From positions 1,024,001-1,088,000 of the forward strand of contig CAWGYA010000008.1 in assembly GCA_963826715.1 (NCBI GenBank): DNA of 64,000 nucleotides, in the 5' to 3' direction. Positions 30,872 to 41,705 of this stretch are shown here, piece after piece; within the stretch, counting starts at the first letter, position 1; the number at the start of each line of letters is the position of its first letter. This DNA comes from Candidatus Bathyarchaeota archaeon. Lineage in GTDB: Archaea; Thermoproteota; Bathyarchaeia; Bathyarchaeales; Bathycorpusculaceae. The notes under the pieces were generated by a model. The model saw only the letters and a program-made list of their open reading frames with translations. It did no database searches and was not told where the DNA came from. Made by a program: the position numbers and the translations under genes.

Positions 30872-32059
30872 CTATTTCAACTCCTTAGGCGTAAGAGGAG
30901 ACATATCTCTTAGTCTCTTTACAATACCTGGCATGATACTTTTTAATTTATCCACGTCTTCTTGTGTATTTTCTCTTCCCAAAGTTAACATCAGAGAACC
31001 ATGTGCATCTTCTGGTTCTAAACCCAATGCGCGCAAAACATGAGAGGGCTGCAAAGTTTTAGCGGCGCATGCCGAGCCCGATGAAGCTAAAATACCCTCA
31101 AGATCTAAACTTAAGAGTATTGATTCACCTTCTATGAAGCTGTACCTTACCGAAACGTTATCGGGTAATCTTTTGGATGGATGGCCGTTTAAGAATGTGT
31201 TTGGAACAGGTTCGATAAGACCTTTAATTAAATCATCTCGAAGCGAAATCAATCTCTTGCCTTCGGTGAACATTTCGGTTTTTGCAATATCTGCAGCTTT
31301 AGCAAAACCCACTAAACCAGGTATATTTTCCGTTCCCGATCTCAATCCGCGTTCTTGTCCACCACCTTGAATTATTGGCTCGATAGTTGTGCCTGGTTTA
31401 ATATATAGTGCTCCAACTCCTTTTGGTCCATACATGTCGTTACTTGAAAGTGTTAAGAGATCTATGTTTTCATTTTGTACATCAATTGGGACTTGACCTG
31501 AAGCTGCTGTGGCGTCAACATGTAGGAAAGCCTTTTTTTCATGCACTATTTTACTAATCTCTTTGATTGGCTCAATAGTACCTATCTCAGGGTTTGCGTA
31601 GACAATTGAAACAAGTATCGTTTGATCGTTCAATTCAGCTTCAATTTTTTCTAAATCTAAAACCCCAAAGCTGTCAACAGGCAAGAAAACTACCTCGAAT
31701 CCGTTTCGTATCAAAACTTTACACGGGTTAACAATTGACATATGCTCGATGCTAGAGGTTAAGATTTTATTGCCCCGGGTTTTGTTTCTACCGGCTATAC
31801 CTCTGATAGCCAAGTTGTTGCTTTCTGTGGCTCCTGAAGTGAAAATTATAGCTTCATTTTTTTCAGAGTTGATTAATTTAGCGATACTTTCTCTACTTTG
31901 TTCTAAAGTTTGTTTTGCATGCTGTCCTAAGGAATGTACTGATGAAGGATTCCCAAAATACATTTTAAAAAATGGTAACATAGCATCAGTTACGCGTGAT
32001 TCAACAGGTTTTCCCGCTGAGTAATCCATACAGATTTTTTTTTCATTAATGTCATCCAT
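30872..32059 (-). CDS. iscS: cysteine desulfurase IscS/NifS (MisS)
   Basis: GNPSS.H, FTSGATESNN, GPKGVG, RSGTEN, SSGSAC. Confidence 0.9.
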   Translation of the reverse strand: MDDINEKKICMDYSAGKPVESRVTDAMLPFFKMYFGNPSSVHSLGQHAKQTLEQSRESIAKLINSEKNEAIIFTSGATESNNLAIRGIAGRNKTRGNKILTSSIEHMSIVNPCKVLIRNGFEVVFLPVDSFGVLDLEKIEAELNDQTILVSIVYANPEIGTIEPIKEISKIVHEKKAFLHVDATAASGQVPIDVQNENIDLLTLSSNDMYGPKGVGALYIKPGTTIEPIIQGGGQERGLRSGTENIPGLVGFAKAADIAKTEMFTEGKRLISLRDDLIKGLIEPVPNTFLNGHPSKRLPDNVSVRYSFIEGESILLSLDLEGILASSGSACAAKTLQPSHVLRALGLEPEDAHGSLMLTLGRENTQEDVDKLKSIMPGIVKRLRDMSPLTPKELK

Positions 32060-32080
32060 GTTACGGTCCTCCTTGTTTGA

Positions 32081-32380
32081 TTATTTCAGTTTCTTAACTA
32101 TTATCTTGGTTACGCCGTCTTCTTGTTTGCTTTCTAGTACTTGGTGACCTAAATTTTTAGCAAGGTTTTCAATGTCTGCTTTAGCTGCTGGGTCATCGGC
32201 AATGATTTCAAGAGTTTCTCCGACTTTCATTTCATCCAATTGTAATCTAGTGTTGAAAACTGGTTCTGGACAGAATAACCCCAAACAATCTAGAGATTTA
32301 TCGGCTTTTATAAGAATACCCTCAAATAAACTGAGACGTGGTAACAATAAAAGTTTTCCTAAATCATTGAACACATTCAT
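32081..32380 (-). CDS. tusA: sulfur carrier TusA family protein
   Basis: LDCLGLFCPEP...ADDPAA..DI; true start probably downstream of the ORF-track start. Confidence 0.85.
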   Translation of the reverse strand: MNVFNDLGKLLLLPRLSLFEGILIKADKSLDCLGLFCPEPVFNTRLQLDEMKVGETLEIIADDPAAKADIENLAKNLGHQVLESKQEDGVTKIIVKKLK

Positions 32381-32519
32381 TAAGAATTTGACTGCTCAAA
32401 CTTTTATGGCTCAGTTCAGATTTGGAATTTATAAATTTTCGTATCAATGATTTTGAGTGTCGTTGTTAAGTTTGCAAACAAACAAAAATAGGATTAAGGC
32501 AAAAAAGCCTGTTACTTTA

Positions 32520-33455
32520 TTAAATCAATACGCCGATTTTTGTGGCTAACACCTCGTACCCCGCCGTCTTGAAGGCGGATACAACTTTGTCTTGAAGTTC
32601 CTTGCCAGGAGTCAACGCAACCATGCAGCCTCCGCCTCCGCCCCCTGTTAATTTTGCGCCAAATGCACCTTGATTTCGTGCAATGTCGACGAGAAGGTTA
32701 AGTTCTTTGCTGGAGACTCCTATTTCTTGTAGAATCCTGTGATTTTCATTCATAAGGTCGCCCACTTTCTTTAGGTCGCCTGATTGAAGGGCCGCACGCC
32801 CCGCAATAGCCAAAGATTCTGCTTGCTTGAAGAGGGGGTCGTATTTGGATGAATTGGATTTCTTGCGTTCCGCGACGCCTTCCACCATGGCTTTGGTATT
32901 GGCGACTTTGCCTGTGCTTCCGATAACGATTTCAATTGGACGCTTTACCTTGATTTTTTCGACAAGGTCCTGTCCTCCTGCGGGGTTTTTCTTGAACCAC
33001 ATAAAGCCTCCGTAAGTCGCTGCGGTGTTGTCAATGCCAGAGGGATTGCCAGCGTAAGCTTTCTCGCCTTCGTATGCGACAGCATTTATTTTCTCGTTAG
33101 ATAAGTTGAGACCACGCTCTTGACTAATGGCACGCGCAATGGCGACACTGCTTGCCGCCGAAGCCCCTAAACCACTGAAACCTGGAAGTGTCCCGCCTAT
33201 CCAGATGTCAAAAGGCGTCTTGGGATCTAAATCCATAGCTTTGAGCATGCGTTCAATAGATTCGACTTGTTGTAGTTGTTTCTCTTCACTGTAGCCTTTG
33301 GCGGTTTTTCGTTCATCTCTTATGTTGAATTTATTAGATTTTTGGACTTCGGCATCTGTTGAGGCGTCGATTGCTGATACGACACCGGGAATGCCGTGGA
33401 CAACGAAGTGTTCGCCGAATAGAATGACTTTTCCGTAACCTGAACCTCTACCCAT
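32520..33455 (-). CDS. mvk: mevalonate kinase
   Basis: GKVILFGEHFVVHG, GLGASAA, PSGID, GAKLTGGGGGGC. Confidence 0.92.
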   Translation of the reverse strand: MGRGSGYGKVILFGEHFVVHGIPGVVSAIDASTDAEVQKSNKFNIRDERKTAKGYSEEKQLQQVESIERMLKAMDLDPKTPFDIWIGGTLPGFSGLGASAASSVAIARAISQERGLNLSNEKINAVAYEGEKAYAGNPSGIDNTAATYGGFMWFKKNPAGGQDLVEKIKVKRPIEIVIGSTGKVANTKAMVEGVAERKKSNSSKYDPLFKQAESLAIAGRAALQSGDLKKVGDLMNENHRILQEIGVSSKELNLLVDIARNQGAFGAKLTGGGGGGCMVALTPGKELQDKVVSAFKTAGYEVLATKIGVLI

Positions 33456-33683
33456 ACATGTTACACCTTAAATAGAGCTATTTATCTTCCCCAGATAAAA
33501 AACATTCTTTCGGCTCAAACCTTATGGTTCAGCTAAAATTGTTTTTTTGCCATCCCAAAACTTGTTTATATTCTTCAGGATTTCTAAAATTAGACCTTTT
33601 TAATTTTTGGGAACAATAAAATAGCTTTAGTAATGGCTAAATACTGCAAAGCCTAATTCCGTTGATATTTAGCTGGGAAAGCA

Positions 33684-35021
33684 ATGAAAGATGTACCCGA
33701 ACTAGTCTCCGAGTTAATCGATGCATCAAAGAAGCATGAACAATACCGTGACAAAGAATGCATTAACATGATAGCTAGTGAGGGCATAAAGTCACCCGCA
33801 GTCAGCCAAATGCTCGATATGAGTCACGATCTCGCAACGCGATATGCAGAAGGCGACAATGACATAGAAGGGCACGTCAAAAAGCGTTACTATCAAGGGC
33901 AAAAATACATGAGTCAAATCGAGGACTTTGCCACAGACGCAATTAAAAGCCTTTTTAATACAAAATGGGCTGATGTTCGCTTAATATCAGGTACACACGC
34001 TAACACAGCAACATTCAAGGGGTTATCTTTAGCCTCAAAGAATAACAAGATGGTTGTTACACCACTAAGCTGTGGTGCTCACATAAGCCACGATTATACT
34101 GGCTTAGCAGGCAGTATACTTGGCATAGATAACATTAATCACGTTTACGATATAGACGAATTTAACATAGACCCTGAAAAATCAGCCTATGTTATCCGCG
34201 CCGCCAAACCAGGTATAGTCACCTTTGGCGGCAGTTTGTTCCTTTTTCCACACCCAATCAAAGAGCTAAAAACGGTTTGCGATGAAGTTGGTGCTTATGT
34301 CGCCTATGATGCAGCCCATGTGCTCGGCTTGATTGCCGGTGGGCAATTTCAAGACCCTCTTCGGGAAGGTGCCGACTTCATCACTGCATCCACCCACAAG
34401 ACCTTTCCAGGTCCTCAAGGTGGTGTTATCATGGGCACTCCTGACACTCCTGCCAAAGAAAAGGCAGTCCGAAAAATCCAGTATGCCGTTTTCCCACTGA
34501 GTGCTTCAAGTACCCATCTGGGTAGATTGCCTGCATTAGGAATAGCCTGTTTAGAGATGAAAGTATTTGGCTCAGAACTAGCAACCCAAATCGTCAAGAA
34601 CGCCCAGATTGCAGGACAATATCTCTATGAGAACGGTGTCAAGGTACTTGCGGAAAAGAAAGGATTTACACGAAGTCACCAAATTGCCCTTGATGTAAGA
34701 GAGTTTGGTGGTGGCAATAAAATCGCTCAGGACCTCGAAGATGCCAATATTATTCTTAATAAGAACCTATTACCCTACGATGACCAAGCCAGCAAAGAAA
34801 ACCCTTCAGGGCTCCGTGTCGGATTCCAAGACATTTCAAGACGAGGTTTCAGAGAGGGTGATATTAAGCACCTCTGCGACTTGATGCTGGATATAATTAA
34901 GGCTAAACGCACGCCTGCTGAAGTTAAAGTAGATGTGTTAGAGCTTAAGAAAGAGTTTGCTGGCGTCAAATACTGTTTCCAATCAGTTGAAGAAGCCCTA
35001 AAATATACTAAGAGTTTATAA
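33684..35021 (+). CDS. glyA: serine hydroxymethyltransferase (archaeal type)
   Basis: INMIASE, RYAEG, GAHISH, YDAAH, STHKTFPGPQGG, SGLRVG. Confidence 0.93.
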   Translation: MKDVPELVSELIDASKKHEQYRDKECINMIASEGIKSPAVSQMLDMSHDLATRYAEGDNDIEGHVKKRYYQGQKYMSQIEDFATDAIKSLFNTKWADVRLISGTHANTATFKGLSLASKNNKMVVTPLSCGAHISHDYTGLAGSILGIDNINHVYDIDEFNIDPEKSAYVIRAAKPGIVTFGGSLFLFPHPIKELKTVCDEVGAYVAYDAAHVLGLIAGGQFQDPLREGADFITASTHKTFPGPQGGVIMGTPDTPAKEKAVRKIQYAVFPLSASSTHLGRLPALGIACLEMKVFGSELATQIVKNAQIAGQYLYENGVKVLAEKKGFTRSHQIALDVREFGGGNKIAQDLEDANIILNKNLLPYDDQASKENPSGLRVGFQDISRRGFREGDIKHLCDLMLDIIKAKRTPAEVKVDVLELKKEFAGVKYCFQSVEEALKYTKSL

Positions 35022-35084
35022 TCCAATTATTATGGGATTTTTCTTTTTATTTTAAATAACCTTAATTAAGTAATTGCTTGATTT

Positions 35085-35381
35085 TTGATTAGAAACGTAA
35101 TGTCTTTGCCTTTAGACCCTTTAACAGTTCTGTTCTTCGCTGTTGCAATAGGTTTTGTAGTAATCTTTATCCTACTCCCAAGGGTCGGTCCACATTATAC
35201 TTCCAAGTTGACTTGTCCTAATTGCAGGAAAACCTTCAACTTCCATTGGATACCCGGGGCAACTATATCTTCTTTGATTCAACGCAATTACCGTACCCTG
35301 AAGTGCCCCTATTGTCACCGCAAATCAACTTTTGACGTAGCTGCTACGAGAGTTCGTACTCCTAGAAAACCTAAACCTTAA
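35085..35381 (+). CDS. membrane-anchored zinc-ribbon protein
   Basis: TM helix followed by CPNC...CPYC. Confidence 0.65.
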   Translation: MIRNVMSLPLDPLTVLFFAVAIGFVVIFILLPRVGPHYTSKLTCPNCRKTFNFHWIPGATISSLIQRNYRTLKCPYCHRKSTFDVAATRVRTPRKPKP

Positions 35382-35462
35382 GTGGAAGCATAGCTGACAA
35401 GCATTTTCTGGAGAGAACTTTATAATCTACTTGCTTTAACTAAAGTTCAAGGTGAAATTTGC

Positions 35463-36647
35463 ATGAAGGTATTGTTAAACGATGGTTTAGAGAAAGAAGG
35501 CTTAAGCATCTTCCAACAAGCAGGCATAGAAACAGATACAAAGAAACGTGATCCTGTCACATTAGTCTCAGAAATCGGTCAGTTTGATGCACTTGTAGTC
35601 CGAAGTGCTACCAAAGTAACCCGTGAAGTCATTGAAGCAGGTGCGAAAGGAAAACTCAAAATCATCGGACGCGCAGGCGTAGGATACGACAACATTGACG
35701 CTGCCGTAGCATCAGAAAAAGGCATTGTGGTAAAGATTGCCCCTTACGGTAGTACTAACGCGGTTGCAGAATTAGCAATTGCCCTGATGCTATCCATTTC
35801 ACGCAATACCCCCCAAGCGCACAACTCGTTGAAAAACGGCGTTTGGATAAAAAAGAAACTTCAAGGTAGGGAAATCGCCTACAAAACACTTGGGCTCTTA
35901 GGTTGTGGAAGAATAGGTCAGAAAGTAGCCCAAATTGCAAAACGTGGCTTTGATATGGACGTAATTGGTCACGATATTAAACCCTGCTTTGAAAGTGGCA
36001 TAAAATTTACAACTAAAGAAGAAGTGCTCCAGAAGGCTGACTACATTAGTATTCACACTGGTGGTAGAGATATCATCGTAGGTGCCAAAGAACTTGCGAT
36101 GATGAAACCCAGTGCCTACATAATCAACACTTCGCGCGGCAATAACATTGACCAGCAAGCTCTCTATAATGCACTTAAAGACGGCACAATTGCGGGTTAT
36201 GCTACGGACGTTTACAAAGAGGAACCTAAGGTCGAAGGTGACCCATTCATAGACAGACTCAAAGAACTTGATAACGTAGTACTCAGTAGCCACCTTGGTG
36301 CATCAACGGTTGAAGCGCAACGTGAAACTGCAACTGAAATGGCTCGCGTCCTAATAGGATATCTTTTTGGCGGTGATTTTATCAACGCAGTTAATGCAGG
36401 GGAATCAATCGAAGTGGAAGAAAAGCCTGTTCACACTCTCTTTATCCATCACAAAGACGTTCCCGGTGTCTTCGCAAATATCGATAAAGTTCTAGCTGAT
36501 AATGAGATCAACATCCGCGCTAACTACTCTCGCCAAATCGGCATCAGCGGCTATGCCATCTCGGTTTATGTGTTGCATAAGAAAGTTGAGACAAGTGTAA
36601 TTGACGTGTTGAACAAGATAGATAACGTTTGTGACGTTAAAACCTAA
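35463..36647 (+). CDS. serA: D-3-phosphoglycerate dehydrogenase with ACT domain
   Basis: [46 protein letters not shown] domain. Confidence 0.88.
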   Translation: MKVLLNDGLEKEGLSIFQQAGIETDTKKRDPVTLVSEIGQFDALVVRSATKVTREVIEAGAKGKLKIIGRAGVGYDNIDAAVASEKGIVVKIAPYGSTNAVAELAIALMLSISRNTPQAHNSLKNGVWIKKKLQGREIAYKTLGLLGCGRIGQKVAQIAKRGFDMDVIGHDIKPCFESGIKFTTKEEVLQKADYISIHTGGRDIIVGAKELAMMKPSAYIINTSRGNNIDQQALYNALKDGTIAGYATDVYKEEPKVEGDPFIDRLKELDNVVLSSHLGASTVEAQRETATEMARVLIGYLFGGDFINAVNAGESIEVEEKPVHTLFIHHKDVPGVFANIDKVLADNEINIRANYSRQIGISGYAISVYVLHKKVETSVIDVLNKIDNVCDVKT

Positions 36648-36700
36648 TTCTTCATTTTTGTTTTTTATGGTATCAATAAAATACTTTTAGACGGTTTGCT

Positions 36701-36919
36701 TTAGTTCTTTTCCCTGAGCTCTTTTTGTTGGCGCAAAATTTGAGTGGCGAGCGTCGTTAGAATTATTATTAAAAAGGATATTATGCCGATACTTATCTTA
36801 TAGGTGAAATCTATAGGCGCATAGAATATTGCGAGCATAGTCACCATCATCAATGCTAGTACAAGAACTTCTTGAACTCCTCCTATTTTGAGACCGCCAA
36901 AACTCATGTATTTCACCAA
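36701..36919 (-). CDS. small membrane protein
   Basis: Two TM helices. Confidence 0.55.
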   Translation of the reverse strand: MVKYMSFGGLKIGGVQEVLVLALMMVTMLAIFYAPIDFTYKISIGIISFLIIILTTLATQILRQQKELREKN

Positions 36920-37056
36920 TCAAGAGTTTCTGGTAAAGGTGAAATATTAATTTTATGCGTTACACCCATCAAATTTGGTGTTCATCAGTACTTCCAGTGG
37001 TGATTTAATCAAAATGTAAAAATAGAATGGTAAAGATGGAAAAAGGTTGGTGGTTG

Positions 37057-37509
37057 TTAAAGGTCTTCTGTAGAGATTTCTTTCACACGACTCTCGATGA
37101 ATTCGGCGACTTTCTGTTCACTGAACTTGCGATCGTTCTCTTGTGCATATAGCTGCTGCTTGACGATATCTAACAGTTTCTCTACATCAACAGGTTTTAG
37201 AAGATAAGCGTCCGCGTTCTTGTTTACTGCTGCAATGGCATTCTGCATCGACGGATAACCGGTGACCATGATTTTGCGGGTTCGAGGAACGCCGTCTTTA
37301 ATTCTTTTAAGCAGTTCTATCCCTTCCATATCGGGTAGTCGAATGTCTAAGAGCGCTATATTGTATGAAGTTTCCTGTGTTTTCTCAATGGCCTCTTTAC
37401 CACTGGCTGCCAAATCAACAATATAGCCTTCGTCCTGTAGGATAGCTTTCATTGTGGTTCTTATGGTTTCATCGTCGTCGACAACGAGGATTCTGGGATT
37501 TTTATCCAT
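37057..37509 (-). CDS. single-domain response regulator (REC)
   Basis: ILVVDDD, LLDIRLPDMEG, TG, KP. Confidence 0.92.
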   Translation of the reverse strand: MDKNPRILVVDDDETIRTTMKAILQDEGYIVDLAASGKEAIEKTQETSYNIALLDIRLPDMEGIELLKRIKDGVPRTRKIMVTGYPSMQNAIAAVNKNADAYLLKPVDVEKLLDIVKQQLYAQENDRKFSEQKVAEFIESRVKEISTEDL

Positions 37510-40500
37510 ACTTTTTCACCTCCTATTTCAAATTTAGGTTTAAAGGGTAGAGTTACTGTGAAGGTTGTCCCATAGTTTTTGATTGTGCTAACAGTTATTG
37601 TGCCCCCGTGTGCCTCAATAATGCGTTTACATATTGCTAGTCCGAAACCCATACCCTGTGCTTTTGTAGTGTAAAGTGGGGCGAAAAGTTTTGGTAAAAC
37701 CTCATCGCTGATGCCGCTTCCTGTGTCATGGAATGAAATCTCCATACTGCCTTTGACTTCTAGGCTATCAACCGTAAGATTACCTCCACTAGGCATAACT
37801 TCAATTGCGTTCTTTACCAAGTTTATGAAAACCCTCTTTATTTTATCGGGGTCAACATTTAAGAGAGGGGTTTCTGGAAGTTTGTTTTTGATTTTGACTT
37901 TTTTGGGTATAATGATGAATTTTAATGCTTCAGATAACAGGTTCTTCGGTGAATCCTCAACAAGTTCTAAATGGATTTCCCGGGAGTAGTCGAGAAGGTC
38001 ACTGACAATCTTGTTTGAGTAATCCACGCATTTATCGATGATTTCAAGCATCTCCTGCGTCTGCTTAAGGGGCAACTTTGTTCCCTTCTTTTTTAGGAAA
38101 TACGCAGAATTCTTGATTCCTGTGAGCGGATTGCGAAGATCATGCCCAACCATGCCTGCTAATTCGCCAATTGCTGCCAATCGTTCTGATTTAACGAGTT
38201 CTGCCTGTGTCTTTTTCAACTGCTCTGTTCGCTTTTGAACTAGCTCTTCAAGCTTCTGAGAATACTCAGCTAACTTATTTTGCAAATGTTTTCTTTCGGT
38301 GATGTCAATTGCAATCTCTAATGCTGCGATAATGCTTCCGTCTTTATCTTTGATAGGGGTAGTTATGAGTTCTGACCAGACATCTCTCTCACTGGTTTTT
38401 ATTTTGTAATCTCTTCGAACAATGTTCTTGCCTTCTTCAAAGACTTTTTTGACTCCGCATCCTTCGCAGACCCCTTTGGAACCGTTTCCTAGAGTTTCAT
38501 AGCAAGCTCTGTTTTCTATTTTGTTGCAATGAACTACTTGTTTTGCCGTCTCGTTTGCCCAAATAACTTTGTAGTCATGGTTGATAATGGCTAAAACGAT
38601 GTTAGTGCTTGTAGCAACACTTTCAAGCAGGTCACGTTCTTGCCTTAGGGCTTCCTCTAACGCTTTTGATTCAGTTATATCCCTAACAATCAATAGTAAA
38701 CAGTTTTTGTCTTTTAACCTCACAGTTATCACTGAAAGGTCAATAGGAAAAGCACTACCATTTTTTCTGAGCGCGGAAATTCCTAATTCTCTCTTTGAAG
38801 TTGGTTTATTATTTAATTCTTTACGTGTCTGAATGTATTTGTTTTGCGCTTTGAGTGGAATAATCAGCTCGGTAATTTTTTTACCAAGAACTTCTTCAGC
38901 TAAAAACCCAAAGATTTTTTCTGCCCCAGGGTTCCAATAAATCACTTTGTCATCCATATCGCTTAGAACTATGGCATCCATAGCTGAAGTGCTGATGGCG
39001 CGGAACCGTTCCTCGCTTTCCGCTAATGCTTGTTCTGCTCGCTTACGCTCAGTTATATCGGATATGACTGCTAACATGCCTATTTTCTGCTTTTGATCGT
39101 CAGTAATCGTTGAGAGCGCGATAATTGCATCTACTCTCTGACCATCTTTTTTTGAGAACTTGAACTCAAACTGCCCTGTCCCACCCGAGGCTTTGTATTC
39201 CTCCAAGATAGCCTTATTTTTTTCTCTCTCTTCAGCATTGAAGAAATCAATAATCTGTTTGCCACGCATTTCACTTCCAGTGTAGCCCAGCATCTGCGTC
39301 ATACGTGGGTTAACAAAAACAACTTTGAAGTCGTTGTTTATTGCCCAGATACCCTCATGTGCAAGCTCAACTAATTGACGATAGCGGGATTCGCTTGCTA
39401 TAAGCGCGTTTTGAACTTTTTTAATTTCGGTAATATCGTGAAATATAACATACAGATATTTCTTTCCTGCAGTTTGGAAAGTTCGAGTCGTCACTATGAC
39501 GTTTCTTATTTCGCCATTTTTTGTTCTATGCTGGGTTTGAAATTCTTCTCCGCCACTCTCAATCATCTGTTTTGTATGCGCTTTTATTTCCTCGAGTGAC
39601 TTTTTAGCTTCTATCTCGTAGATCGGAATTTTCTCAAATTCCTCTCGTGTATAACCTAACTGTTGATGAGCACAGTCATTAAATTCAATGCATTCGTTTG
39701 TCTCCGGGTCGATGACCAAAACGCCCAATGGCGCCTGATTAAACAGTGCATGATAACGTTGTTCTGCATCTCTTAGTTTCTGGTCTGCTATTTTTCGTTC
39801 AGTGATATCTTTTACTATGCCAACAGCCTTCCAGCTTCCGTTTGCGTTCAGAGAAGAAACTGATAATTCAGCGGGGAATTCACTTCCATCCTTGCGACGC
39901 CCAACTAATTCAACTTTTCCAACAGTGAAGTACCCCATGCCGGTTTCGCTGAAGATTTTCATGCTTTCCTCTATGCGCACTCTTCCTTCTCTACACATAG
40001 ATTGAGGAACAACTAGATCATGAATTTTTCTACCGATGACTTCTTTCTTTGTGTAGCCGAAGGTTTTTTCAGCGGCAGGATTCCAATAAGTAACTTTTGC
40101 ATGCTCATCGATAAGAATTAAGGCATCTTTAATAGAATTGGTGATCCCTCTGAATTTCTCCTCGGCGCTCTGTAACTCATCATACATTCTATTGATACTT
40201 GTCACATCGTGGCAAGTTGCCAGAATAACCTCTCTTCCTGATAACTCAATCTTACACTGATTAACTACAACTAGTCGAATTTCGTTGTTTTTAGTCCGAT
40301 GTTTCGTAAGAAATTCGTTTTTTCCCACTTTAAGAACACTGCCGAGTTGCTCCAGAATTTCTTGCGGCTTTACAAGTGCTTCGAAATCCCACATATGAAG
40401 CTTGCTAAACTCTTCTCGAGAATAGCCTAATTGACGATGCGATACATCATTAAATTCAAGAACCGCGGCATTGTCTGGGTCTACAACAAGAACACCTACA

Positions 40501-41705
40501 GGTGTTTGCTCAAAAAGTGCTCGGTGGAGTTTTTCCGCTTCTTTAATTTTGATTTCCATCTGTTTTCGATGAGTAACTGGCACAGTTATTTCCAGGGCAG
40601 CGGCAACTTCGCCATTTTTATCTAAAATTGGTGTGGTGGTTACCTGCAACACAAAACTTTTGCCATCTTTTGCGATCCCTTCAGCTTCTTTGATATCACA
40701 CACTGCACCATCAAAGATTTTTTTGACTCCACAATCTAAGCAGATCGCCATTTGGTTATGTAACTTTCTATAACATGTTTTGTTTTCGATATCGCTGCCG
40801 AAGATTTCTTTCAGTTGTTTGTTAGACCAGAGAATTTGATAGTTTCTGGTGATAATTGTGAGGCCGACACCTGTGTTTTTAGTTACTGCTTCAAGCAAAT
40901 CATGTTGCTGTTTAAGAGTATACTCGTAGTTTTTGCGTTCACTTATGTCGCGGACGGCTGCAACTATTAATTCTTCGTTTCCAACATTGATTTTCGAGAG
41001 CGTAACTTCAGAAGGAAATTCAAAGTTACCCTTTCTTAATCCAGGAAACTCTATTGCTTTTTTAATGACTCCTTGCTCTTTGATGAATTTTTCTCTAACT
41101 TTAGTAAGCAAGTCAAAGGCTTGTGGTGGTACGATGGTCTCTTTTAGGGTTTTGCCCATTATTTCATCTTGTCTATAGCCGTAGATTCTTTGAGCGGCTG
41201 CGTTCCAGTACCGAATTTTTTCTTGCTCATCAAATAAAACAACGGCATCAAAGATACTGTCGCTGATGGTTCTGAATTTTAATTCGGTGTTACTTAGATT
41301 GTATTGAAGTTCTTTTTGCTTCCTAGACCTCTTGGTGACATCGCGGAAAACAATGAAATCAAGTACTTGACCGCAATGTTTAACCCGTTTTGCATTAACT
41401 TCAAGAAGGATTGTCTCGTTCTGTTTATTTTTAAGTGAGATTTCATATGGTTCAATTTCTACGCCATCAAGTCTTTTTTTCATTTTTTCTTTGATAAGTA
41501 GTGTTTGTATTTCATCAAAAAAGTGTTGGTCAAAGAAACTTTTTCCAAGAAGGTCCTCAACAGGTATTCCTGTATATTTTTCTGTAATTAAGTTTGCAAA
41601 CAGAACCTGGCCTGCAGAATTAATCATTACCGCAGGATCAGCTATGAACTCAATTATTTCGTTGATGAGGGCGCTATGTTTCTTGTTCAGGTTTTTCTCC
41701 GTCAT
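37461..41705 (-). CDS. cytoplasmic multi-PAS histidine kinase (about 9 PAS domains)
   Basis: Repeated N...G Y/F...DIT PAS units; GHDLRNPL H-box; NAIE, DTGSG, GMGFGL. Confidence 0.92.
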   Translation of the reverse strand: MTEKNLNKKHSALINEIIEFIADPAVMINSAGQVLFANLITEKYTGIPVEDLLGKSFFDQHFFDEIQTLLIKEKMKKRLDGVEIEPYEISLKNKQNETILLEVNAKRVKHCGQVLDFIVFRDVTKRSRKQKELQYNLSNTELKFRTISDSIFDAVVLFDEQEKIRYWNAAAQRIYGYRQDEIMGKTLKETIVPPQAFDLLTKVREKFIKEQGVIKKAIEFPGLRKGNFEFPSEVTLSKINVGNEELIVAAVRDISERKNYEYTLKQQHDLLEAVTKNTGVGLTIITRNYQILWSNKQLKEIFGSDIENKTCYRKLHNQMAICLDCGVKKIFDGAVCDIKEAEGIAKDGKSFVLQVTTTPILDKNGEVAAALEITVPVTHRKQMEIKIKEAEKLHRALFEQTPVGVLVVDPDNAAVLEFNDVSHRQLGYSREEFSKLHMWDFEALVKPQEILEQLGSVLKVGKNEFLTKHRTKNNEIRLVVVNQCKIELSGREVILATCHDVTSINRMYDELQSAEEKFRGITNSIKDALILIDEHAKVTYWNPAAEKTFGYTKKEVIGRKIHDLVVPQSMCREGRVRIEESMKIFSETGMGYFTVGKVELVGRRKDGSEFPAELSVSSLNANGSWKAVGIVKDITERKIADQKLRDAEQRYHALFNQAPLGVLVIDPETNECIEFNDCAHQQLGYTREEFEKIPIYEIEAKKSLEEIKAHTKQMIESGGEEFQTQHRTKNGEIRNVIVTTRTFQTAGKKYLYVIFHDITEIKKVQNALIASESRYRQLVELAHEGIWAINNDFKVVFVNPRMTQMLGYTGSEMRGKQIIDFFNAEEREKNKAILEEYKASGGTGQFEFKFSKKDGQRVDAIIALSTITDDQKQKIGMLAVISDITERKRAEQALAESEERFRAISTSAMDAIVLSDMDDKVIYWNPGAEKIFGFLAEEVLGKKITELIIPLKAQNKYIQTRKELNNKPTSKRELGISALRKNGSAFPIDLSVITVRLKDKNCLLLIVRDITESKALEEALRQERDLLESVATSTNIVLAIINHDYKVIWANETAKQVVHCNKIENRACYETLGNGSKGVCEGCGVKKVFEEGKNIVRRDYKIKTSERDVWSELITTPIKDKDGSIIAALEIAIDITERKHLQNKLAEYSQKLEELVQKRTEQLKKTQAELVKSERLAAIGELAGMVGHDLRNPLTGIKNSAYFLKKKGTKLPLKQTQEMLEIIDKCVDYSNKIVSDLLDYSREIHLELVEDSPKNLLSEALKFIIIPKKVKIKNKLPETPLLNVDPDKIKRVFINLVKNAIEVMPSGGNLTVDSLEVKGSMEISFHDTGSGISDEVLPKLFAPLYTTKAQGMGFGLAICKRIIEAHGGTITVSTIKNYGTTFTVTLPFKPKFEIGGEKVWIKIPESSLSTTMKP

